64,000 bases of DNA from an uncultured Chlamydiae bacterium. Lineage in GTDB: Bacteria > Chlamydiota > Chlamydiia > Chlamydiales > Rhabdochlamydiaceae. The DNA lies in contig OY970369.1 in NCBI GenBank assembly GCA_963718715.1, positions 166,302 to 230,301 of the forward strand, read 5' to 3'. The translations under genes and the position numbers were made by a program. How positions within the stretch are numbered: position 1 is the first letter of the stretch; every line of letters begins with the position of its first letter. The notes under the pieces were generated by a model. It saw only the letters and a list, made by a program, of their open reading frames with translations. It made no database searches and was not told the DNA's origin. Below, one piece after another: positions 38,520-45,672 of this stretch.

Positions 38520-38864
38520 TTATTTAATGTGTTTATTAAGCAGGCCTGCAAGCTTGAGCATATCGACAGGCTTTTTGCCAATTACTTCAGAGAGTTTGTG
38601 ATCTGGAACGATGAGCCGTCTGTTTTTTGTGTCCTGGCATTTGTGCCCTTTGATATACACCCATAGCTTTTTTACGATCTCTGGGCGCGTCAATTGTTTT
38701 GCGCCTACAACCGCTTGTAGCTCTGGAGACAAGGAATAGGACATCTGGCTCAAGCCCGATTTTCTCCTAGAAGCGGATTTCTTTTTCACTGTCGATTTTC
38801 TTCTCACAGCTGCTTTTTTTCTCACGGCCGGTTTTCTTTTCGCGGCTGCTTTCTTTTTTGCCAT
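38520..38864 (-). CDS. SWIB/MDM2-domain protein with a Lys/Arg-rich N-terminal tail
   Basis: The tail is MAKKKAAAKRKPAVRKKAAVRRK. The SWIB core is LSPELQAVVGAKQLTRPEIVKKLWVYIKGHKCQD…I.PD.KL. This eukaryote-like domain is typical of Chlamydiota. Confidence 0.9.
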   Translation of the reverse strand: MAKKKAAAKRKPAVRKKAAVRRKSTVKKKSASRRKSGLSQMSYSLSPELQAVVGAKQLTRPEIVKKLWVYIKGHKCQDTKNRRLIVPDHKLSEVIGKKPVDMLKLAGLLNKHIK

Positions 38865-39066
38865 AAACTTTCCCCCTTTTCGTGTGTTAAGATGGCAAGA
38901 TCGGAATCTAGAGTTTCCACATCTTCTAATAGGAGATTTAAAAGCTTTTCAGAATCTGTGCAAGAATATTTTTCACTTTTTTACTCAAGGAAGGAGAAAG
39001 GAAAGAAGCTAAATTGATAATCTATTGACAGTGAACCTGTTGTAATTCTACACAAAATAAAGAATC

Positions 39067-39490
39067 CCTTTGCGGCTTTGCGGCGTGGTGCCTTTGCATT
39101 AGATAGATATCCAGATTGCTGCTCAAAGCAATGAACATGATAGATAGGATAAGCATGATGTGCATGATAAAAAAATGGCCGCAAAGCGCCATGCCGCTTC
39201 TGCCGCCTCTTCTTTTTCCATCATGTGTATCATGCTTATCCTATCTATCATGTTCATTGCTCTATGAATCTATCCCGCAATTCAGAAATTTTTTCTTTAT
39301 GGTCTTTCCCCCCCCCTATGAAGTTCCGTTTTTCAGCCATGTGTTCACACATTGTCTTCAAAACGGAACTTCGTAGGGGAAAAAAATCCTGCAAAATAAA
39401 AATTTAGCAATTACGGGATAGATTCATGCAAATAAACTTGAAATTGCAAGCTTATAGGTAAAAGTTATGGGCGCCACGCCGCAAGAGCCT
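39067..39490. repeat. Nested palindromic (MITE-like) element, copy 2, composite
   Basis: Outer arms are 39067-39095 and 39469-39490. The flanks GATATCCAGATTGCTGCTCAAAGCAATGAACATGATA… and …TGCTCTATG are collinear with copy 1. The core (39150-39235) is the reverse complement of copy 1. It carries an internal insertion (next feature). Confidence 0.85.
39263..39426. repeat. Second palindromic element inserted inside copy 2
   Basis: Terminal inverted repeats are ATGAATCTATCCCGCAATT (39263-39281) and AATTACGGGATAGATTCAT (39408-39426). An inner 20-nt perfect inverted repeat is CCCCTATGAAGTTCCGTTTT / AAAACGGAACTTCGTAGGGG. It interrupts the CTATG|CAA(A)TAAACTTGAAA junction that is continuous in copy 1. 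Confidence 0.6.
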
Positions 39491-39583
39491 ATCCCGAAAG
39501 TAAAAAAAATTTGTTTGAGAAAAAATAAAGGGAATTGCGAAACTTCACTTGGTGAAAAAACCGCTTGAGCTATCAGGAGGGGC

Positions 39584-40162
39584 ATGAGCCTTATTATTCT
39601 CGTCGGCATCCCCGGCTCTGGAAAAGGATCTATCTTACAAGAAGCTGTGCGCCAAGCTCCCTTCATTCAAGTCATCAATTATGGGGATAAAATGCTAGAA
39701 GAGGCTGCCTCTGAGGGCTTTTCGCGCGATTTGCTTCGAAAGATGCCCATCCAAGACCAACAAAAACTGGGAGCGAGAGCGGCTAAAAAAATCGTGCAGC
39801 AAAAAAGCGATCAGCCCAAGATCATCGACACGCATGCATTGATCCGAACCGATATCGGTTATTGTCCAGGGCTTCCTCTAGAAGTTTTAAACATCCTTTC
39901 CCCAACGGCTTGTGTATGCGTCGAGTGCGCTCCATCGATCATTCTTCAGAGAAGGAAACAAGACCACGGCCGGAAACGGGATGAGGAAACAGAAGAAGAA
40001 CTGGCTATCCACCAAGAATTAACCCGCTCTTTTCTTGCCGCGTGCTGCAGCATCGCGGGTTCTATTCTCTGCCGCGTGCCCAATGATAGCCCCTCTCTCA
40101 GCCAAAACGCGCTTCCTCTCATTCGTTTAATCCAGGCATTGCATGCAGCTGATCACGCTTAA
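39584..40162 (+). CDS. adkA: Archaeal-type adenylate kinase (AdkA family)
   Basis: Matching segments are the P-loop GIPGSGKGS, INYGDKMLEEA, IIDTHALIRTDIGYCPGLP and IILQRRKQD..RKRD. These align block by block with my recollection of Sulfolobus AdkA (GIPGVGKST, INYGDFML, IDTHAVIRTPSGYLPGLP, IILSRQKRD). Confidence 0.75.
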   Translation: MSLIILVGIPGSGKGSILQEAVRQAPFIQVINYGDKMLEEAASEGFSRDLLRKMPIQDQQKLGARAAKKIVQQKSDQPKIIDTHALIRTDIGYCPGLPLEVLNILSPTACVCVECAPSIILQRRKQDHGRKRDEETEEELAIHQELTRSFLAACCSIAGSILCRVPNDSPSLSQNALPLIRLIQALHAADHA

Positions 40163-40874
40163 CATCTGGGGCGGGCATGTGCGCCGCCCCCTCCTGGAAT
40201 TCATTACAGCCTATCGAGAGGTGGGTATTTTCTGTTTTCAAGAGGTCTACCACCGCGCCCAGGATAGGATATCCGACGATGAGCGGGAAGTGCATCTCAA
40301 TATTTTTTCAGAATTGCATACGCTGCTTCCCGAACACCGGGCTTTTTTCAAACCCGTTGTCGGGGATTCCTATGGGATTGGGATGTTTGTGAAAAAAGAA
40401 ATAGATGTCTTAGAGGAGGGAGAGATTCCCATTTATGAGAATCCCTATTATCTAGGCCGCGGCCCCACCCATTCCAGAAATCTGCAATGGATAAAATGCG
40501 TTATCCGCAACCAGCCTCACACCATTCTGAACGTGCATGGGCTTTGGAACGGGAAGGGCAAAACGGATTGTCCAGAGAGGATCGCTCAATCGCAAAAGAT
40601 TAGAGCGTTCATGGACAGAGTCCCGACGCCGAAAATCCTGTGCGGCGACTTGAATTTGAGACCGGATACAGAAAGCGTGAAAATCCTCGAAGAGGGGATG
40701 AATAACCTGATTCGAATCTATCAGATCAGCTCGACGCGCACGAGCTTATACTCCAAAGAGGAGAAGTTTGCCGATTACGTGTTCACCTCTCCGGAGATCG
40801 CCGTCAATGCATTTGAAGCCTTGAAGGATCAGGTTTCCGATCACGCGCCTCTATTTCTCGATTTCATTTCTTGA
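40143..40874 (+). CDS. Endonuclease/exonuclease/phosphatase (EEP) family protein
   Basis: EEP catalytic contexts are LNIWGG, FCFQEV, LNVHGL, CGDLNLRPD and VSDHAPLFLDF. It overlaps adkA by 20 nt. Confidence 0.85.
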   Translation: MQLITLNIWGGHVRRPLLEFITAYREVGIFCFQEVYHRAQDRISDDEREVHLNIFSELHTLLPEHRAFFKPVVGDSYGIGMFVKKEIDVLEEGEIPIYENPYYLGRGPTHSRNLQWIKCVIRNQPHTILNVHGLWNGKGKTDCPERIAQSQKIRAFMDRVPTPKILCGDLNLRPDTESVKILEEGMNNLIRIYQISSTRTSLYSKEEKFADYVFTSPEIAVNAFEALKDQVSDHAPLFLDFIS

Positions 40875-42084
40875 AATATTCGGCGTATTTGAGAGGCTCG
40901 TGTTGCTTCCAAGGACAGTAGCTGTTGCAGAATTCGATCCGCTCTCCTAGGGAGGGATGGGTGCTGCGCCAGAAGGTGAACACCGTTCCCGGATAGGGGA
41001 TCGCCAAATTTTTCTGTTGGAGGGCGATAAAGGCGCGTGCAGCCGCTTCATTGTTTTGCGTGATCTCCAGCCCAAAGCGATCCGCCTCATGCTCCATGTA
41101 GCGGGAAACATAGTTGGAAAGGGGAGAGGAAAGGAGCGCAAAGAGGTTGATTAAAAGAAGAAGGAGGGGCAGGGAGGCGATATCATAGAGGTGTTTGAAC
41201 CCAAATCGCTTGTGATAGCGGTGGAGTAGAAAGGTAGCCGACTTGTAGGTGAGGTAAAACATCGCAAAGGAGAGGGCTCCAAAGTAGACGATCGACCACC
41301 AGATGTGGTTCAGCACATAGTGCCCCATCTCATGTCCCATCACGAACAGCAGCTCATCCGGCGTCATCTGTTTGATGGTCGTGTCCCAAAGGACGATCCG
41401 GTTTGTCGTGCCGAATCCGACCACGTAGGCATTTAACGTCCCGGTGTCTTGGCTCTTATCCACTTCAAACACCCGCCCATGCTCGATTCCCGCTCGCGCA
41501 GCTAAGCCGAGGATTTGCTGTTCCAGCTGTTTATCTTTCATGGGTTCAAACCGGTTGAATAGCGGATCGATCCAGATCGGTTGGATAAACACCAGGATAA
41601 ACATCACCCCGATGCTTGTCAGGCTGCTGTACACCCACCATCTCCGCGGGCTTTTTTTCAACAGGAGGTAAAAAATCCAGATAAACGCGCACGAGCCGAG
41701 CAATGCGACGAGGATCCCTTTGCCGTAATTCTCCAGCCACCTTCCCAGCTTCTGCGTGGAAAGACCATACGCGTGTTCCCTGATGTAGTCTGCGTAAAAA
41801 TCGAGAGGGATATTGAGTATTTTATAGAGCGTGAGAAACATCGCCAAGTAGATTACAAGGGAGAAAAACCACTTCTTTCCCCACTTTTCCGCTAAGGTCC
41901 CCAGCTTTCCGGTCAATCCCCAAAGCAGAAAAAGCAGCGGCACGATCAAGCTCCACTCCTGCTGAATGATCCACAAGACATTGCCGCTCTGATAATAGCG
42001 GATTGCCTGATCCGTAGCCGCTGGAACGGCCGCCTGGGCGCACTCTTGGCTCGCTATCGCTGCAACTAACACAGTAAGCATCAT
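40864..42084 (-). CDS. M48-family (Ste24/HtpX-like) zinc metalloprotease, membrane
   Basis: The HExxH is in MGHEMGHYVLNH and a downstream glutamate is in EHEADRFG. It has multiple transmembrane segments. The start was set at ATGATG (MMLTVLV, signal-like) with an AAGGAG Shine-Dalgarno. The track's TTG at 42108 lies inside the upstream palindrome. Confidence 0.85.
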   Translation of the reverse strand: MMLTVLVAAIASQECAQAAVPAATDQAIRYYQSGNVLWIIQQEWSLIVPLLFLLWGLTGKLGTLAEKWGKKWFFSLVIYLAMFLTLYKILNIPLDFYADYIREHAYGLSTQKLGRWLENYGKGILVALLGSCAFIWIFYLLLKKSPRRWWVYSSLTSIGVMFILVFIQPIWIDPLFNRFEPMKDKQLEQQILGLAARAGIEHGRVFEVDKSQDTGTLNAYVVGFGTTNRIVLWDTTIKQMTPDELLFVMGHEMGHYVLNHIWWSIVYFGALSFAMFYLTYKSATFLLHRYHKRFGFKHLYDIASLPLLLLLINLFALLSSPLSNYVSRYMEHEADRFGLEITQNNEAAARAFIALQQKNLAIPYPGTVFTFWRSTHPSLGERIEFCNSYCPWKQHEPLKYAEYFKK

Positions 42085-42090
42085 TTTCTC

Positions 42091-42267
42091 CTTAGAGACT
42101 GTCCACAAACTTAGGTTCTGTCGATTTTCGGGTTCTTTTGAGCCGATTTTGCATTCTTTTTTGGGGGGTCATATACGCAGTTGATATTACCCCCCAAAAA
42201 AGAATGCAAAATCGGCCAAAATAATCCCGAAAATCGACGAACCCTTAGTTTGTGGACAGTCTCTTAG
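42091..42267. repeat. 177-bp near-perfect palindrome with GTTTGTGGACAGTCTCT(A/T)AG termini
   Basis: The left arm is 42091-42168 (CTTAGAGACTGTCCACAAACTTAGGTTCTGTCGATTTTCGGG…TTTTTTGGGGGG). The right arm is 42190-42267 (CCCCCCAAAAAA…CCCGAAAATCGACGAACCCTTAGTTTGTGGACAGTCTCTTAG). The left end touches the Shine-Dalgarno of the M48 gene. Confidence 0.9.
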
Positions 42268-42377
42268 CGCGATTATTTCATGATGTTTTGTTTGTTCGCC
42301 CATTTATAGTAGCTTTGGCTATTATACCAAAGAAAATTGAAGAATCGGCAAAATCCGTTGAAATGATTCTACCACTC

Positions 42378-42424
42378 GTTCGCTTCGCTCTCTAGAGAGC
42401 ACAGAGGACACAGAGAGAAAAATG
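42378..42424. repeat. CAGAG-rich dispersed repeat unit
   Basis: GTTCGCTTCGCTCTCTAGAGAGCACAGAGGACACAGAGAGAAAAAATG. It shares GCGAAGCTCTAGAG and CAGAGGA…GAAAAAAT with the 28196-28416 element. Confidence 0.45.
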
Positions 42425-42536
42425 TATGTTCTATTTAAAGCTGTTTGAGCGCTGTTATTCTTAACAAATTGACTTTCTCATTGAGGAGTGTCAAAATCTC
42501 TTTCTATTTCAAAAAGAGCAGCGAACATAGGTTTTT

Positions 42537-43021
42537 ATGTCTAAAAATGGAAAAAGGACTGTTATCATTACGGGGGCTGGCCAAGGGATTGGTCAAGCCA
42601 TTGCTTTTCGCTTTGCTGCTGACGGATCGAATATAGTCATTGCTTCAAAAGATAGTCCCGCTCAAATCCAAGAAACAATTGAGGGAATCCAATCTGCAGG
42701 AGGAAAGGCATTAGGCCTTGAGGTCAATTCTCTTTGGCCTCAAACAAATATTGCTACTCAGAGACTCAAGGATCACCTTTCCCCGAAAGTTTACGCTGGG
42801 AGCCGTTGGCCCTCTGTGATGGCAGATGCTGCCTATGAGCTTGCCCGTCGAACAGTTCAAGAAGCAACGGGGCAATTTTTATCGATGAAACTTTATTGCG
42901 AGAATCGGGAGTCAGAGACTTTTCTCGCTACGCAGTTGATCCGACACAGCCATTAGTACAGACGCTATTCCTTCCACTTAAAGAAGGAATGATTCCAATT
43001 TCCCGAGAGTTGTTTTGTTAG
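42537..43021 (+). pseudogene. Degraded short-chain dehydrogenase/reductase (HSDL2-like): internal deletion plus frameshift
   Basis: The N-terminal Rossmann motif is TGAGQGIGQAIA. It is joined directly (…LGLEVN|SLWPQTNIAT…) to the C-terminal region, so the NNAG and Ser-Tyr-Lys catalytic segments are missing. After TGQF, the expected continuation FIDETLLRESGVRDFSRYAVDPTQPL… is in the +1 frame, at a T5 run. Confidence 0.6.
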
Positions 43022-43207
43022 GGGGTACACGACAGCATGTGTTTTATTTAAAATAATTTATATATAATTGTTTTTAACAAGTTGAAAATGAAAAGGTTAA
43101 GGAGTTAAAAATTATTAAATGTCGGAAAATCCGACTAAAATATATCGAAATTCTGTACTGTATATATCATATATGTCAGAATATCTAACATCAATCAGAG
43201 GGTGGCT

Positions 43208-44341
43208 ATGAATAATCAAGAAATCGCTAGAAGGGTCCGCGAGATTCGCGAACAGCGCGGTTTATCGCAACAAGAGCTGGCTCATTTGATGGGTTGGAAA
43301 AGTCACGCTTCTATAGTAGCGATTGAAAACGGGGAGCAAAGCATTAAAATGCAAGAACTCCTAAAACTAGCAACTATTTTGAATGTCTCTCCAGAAGTGT
43401 TTTATTCAGAAACATCAATAACATATTCACAACGACCAGTAATTCTTTGGAGAAAAAAAGCAATTGATCCAAAGATTGCATTAAAAGAAGAATATAATCT
43501 GATTGAATATTATCAAAACTACCGGTTTGTCGAAAGATTGGTGGACACTTCTTCTCCATCAATCAAAACTCTTCCAAGAGAATCTTGCAATATTAGTTCT
43601 GCTACTGTTGATTGGGCCAATCAATTAGCAGAAAAAATTCATAGAGAATTCCGTCTAGGCGATTATCCAGCAGCGTTATTAACAAAATGCCTCGAAGAAG
43701 AATACGGGGTTTTACTCATAAGCCGTCCTCTAGAAGATGGATCTGCAGCCTGTTATCGAGAGGAAGATGGATCTGTTGTTATGTTCAATGAAAAAGAAGT
43801 TCGATGGAGACAGACATTCACGTTAGCTCATGAACTTTTCCATCTTATCACCTGGGATACATCATTGATTTCGCAAATACAATCTAATGAAGAATTATTT
43901 CATAAAAATGAGAAATTAGCTGATGCCTTTGCTGCGGCATTGCTCATGCCACTTCAAATGATCGGTTTGGATGTGCGTGGAAATAAACTTACTTATTCAT
44001 TCATAGTAGCTTTGGCAGGTAAATATCAAGTATCTAAACAAGCAATGTTATTGCGTTTACGCTATTTACGATTGATTGATCAACAAGCGGTCGACCAAGC
44101 TCTTGCGGATTCCGAATTTTCACAGCTCGATCATGATACATTTAAGCTAGCGTTTGCCTCTATCCCACCTTTTGGCAATCGTTTTATCCGATTAGCTTAT
44201 TTAGCCTATGAAAAGGGCAGATTATCCAAGGCTAGGCTTGCAAAAATGCTCAGCGTAAAACTGCGCGATTTAGACCAATATCTGGCAGAAAAAGGATTGT
44301 ATTTAACAAATGACAAAGAAATTAAAGGAGTTACTTGTTGA
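43208..44341 (+). CDS. Fusion protein: XRE-family HTH plus ImmA/IrrE (M78, COG2856) zinc metallopeptidase
   Basis: The HTH is IREQRGLSQQELAHLMGWKSHASIVAIENGEQ. The peptidase region has HExxH in LAHELFHLITW and a downstream NEKLADAFAAALLMP. The ATG at 43208 is preferred (GAGGGTGG upstream); a GTG at 43202 is possible. Confidence 0.88.
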   Translation: MNNQEIARRVREIREQRGLSQQELAHLMGWKSHASIVAIENGEQSIKMQELLKLATILNVSPEVFYSETSITYSQRPVILWRKKAIDPKIALKEEYNLIEYYQNYRFVERLVDTSSPSIKTLPRESCNISSATVDWANQLAEKIHREFRLGDYPAALLTKCLEEEYGVLLISRPLEDGSAACYREEDGSVVMFNEKEVRWRQTFTLAHELFHLITWDTSLISQIQSNEELFHKNEKLADAFAAALLMPLQMIGLDVRGNKLTYSFIVALAGKYQVSKQAMLLRLRYLRLIDQQAVDQALADSEFSQLDHDTFKLAFASIPPFGNRFIRLAYLAYEKGRLSKARLAKMLSVKLRDLDQYLAEKGLYLTNDKEIKGVTC

Positions 44342-44858
44342 TACCATGGTAGTAATAGATGCTCATGAGAATGGTTATTGGGAACATCTATGTAATGGTT
44401 ATCGTGTCTTTTTACCGGGTACAGTTATTGAAGATGAATTGTTTTTTTTCACATCTGACAAAGACAAGAGCAAGAAACCTCTGTTAGTATCTAAGTGGAT
44501 CGATCAAGGAAAAATCTCCCGTATCGATGCAAAAATTGCCGATTTCTCTGAATTAACTAAAAGATTATCGAGCGATTTTCGCCTAGGTCTTGATGCAGGA
44601 GAGTTAGAAGCTTTAGCTATTCTCATATCGAAGGATCATCAACACCTTTTCTTTACCACTGCAGATCGAGCAGCAGTTAAAGCTCTGGGAGTTTTGAGCC
44701 TGGGTTCGCGAGGACGCTCTGTAGAAGATCTATTAAATAACTTACAGGGATTTTCGACAAAAAACAGAAAAATAGCACCGCGCTTTACAAAAGAATGGTT
44801 TCAAAAAGTTTTGAATGAAGGGTTTACCGAACAGCATCTTTGGTTAAAGCCATCTTGA
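44310..44858 (+). CDS. PIN-like nuclease domain protein (DUF4411-like), putative toxin/effector partner
   Basis: The N-terminal LLVDTMVVIDA is a typical PIN strand-1 aspartate motif (D11). Later acidic residues are in DAGELEALAIL (E98) and FFTTADRAAVKAL (D119). It overlaps the upstream gene by 32 nt. The fold assignment rests on motifs only. Confidence 0.6.
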   Translation: MTKKLKELLVDTMVVIDAHENGYWEHLCNGYRVFLPGTVIEDELFFFTSDKDKSKKPLLVSKWIDQGKISRIDAKIADFSELTKRLSSDFRLGLDAGELEALAILISKDHQHLFFTTADRAAVKALGVLSLGSRGRSVEDLLNNLQGFSTKNRKIAPRFTKEWFQKVLNEGFTEQHLWLKPS

Positions 44859-44871
44859 ATCTCTATTCTTA

Positions 44872-45648
44872 CTACCATTTTGCGAGGGGGGGGAGGGAGC
44901 AGAGGATCGCATCGGGATTGCCTCCGGATCTAAAGCCGAATTGGGTGCCCCGATCATAGAGCAGATTGAATTCGACGTAATGGGCGCGCATTTCGAGCTG
45001 TTTTTCTTTCTCTTCGGGGGTGAAGGGGTGGTGGATGCGCCGCTGGTAAATGGGCAAGATGGTATCTAGGAAAGTGGAACCGACGGTTTTCCACAGCGAG
45101 AGATCGGCCTCTTCATCGCCGCTGTTCCAGTGATCGAAAAAAATCCCTCCCATCCCCCGCTCTTTTTTGCGGTGGGGGATGTAGAAATATTCCCGCGCAT
45201 TTTGGGAGAATTGAGCGTAGAGGGAACCCGTGGCCATTTTGGCGATCGCATGGAAGTGGCGTCGATCTTCTTCGTAGGGAAATCCCATCGGGGTTAGATC
45301 ATAGCCGCCGCCGAACCAGCGCTTCTCTTCTGTTTCGATGTAGCGGATGTTCATGTGAACGGTCGGCGCATGGGGATTGGCCATGTGCGTGATCAGGCTG
45401 ATCCCCGTTGCAAAAAAGGGGCCGGAACCGTCTTGCATAGGGAAACGATCGCCCCAAACCGCAGACCAGTTGACAGCGGCCTTTTCGAAAATCGCGCCGC
45501 GCAGCACGCCCATTTCTCCGCCGCCGCCTGTGGTATGGTTCCAGGGGGTGCGCTGGAACCGGCCGGCGGTTTCCAGGTCTTGAAAACGGGCTATGATCTC
45601 TTCGCGCAGGGCTTGTAGGAAAGCGATGATTTCTTGCTTGCGTTGCAT
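44872..45648 (-). CDS. hemF: Oxygen-dependent coproporphyrinogen III oxidase
   Basis: HemF-type blocks are GGGGEMGVLRGAIFEKAAVNWS, HMANPHAPTVHMNIRY, RWFGGGYDLTP, RGMGGIFFD and YVEFNLLYDRGT.F. Confidence 0.9.
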   Translation of the reverse strand: MQRKQEIIAFLQALREEIIARFQDLETAGRFQRTPWNHTTGGGGEMGVLRGAIFEKAAVNWSAVWGDRFPMQDGSGPFFATGISLITHMANPHAPTVHMNIRYIETEEKRWFGGGYDLTPMGFPYEEDRRHFHAIAKMATGSLYAQFSQNAREYFYIPHRKKERGMGGIFFDHWNSGDEEADLSLWKTVGSTFLDTILPIYQRRIHHPFTPEEKEKQLEMRAHYVEFNLLYDRGTQFGFRSGGNPDAILCSLPPLAKW

Positions 45649-45672
45649 CGTCCCCAGTTATAATCTAAATTT

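Noticed and set aside
42960-44870. Prophage or integrative-element remnant around the XRE/PIN island
   Set aside because: I looked for an integrase or recombinase, a tRNA attachment site, flanking direct repeats and phage structural genes, and saw none. Only compositional evidence supports foreign origin, so no mobile element was called.
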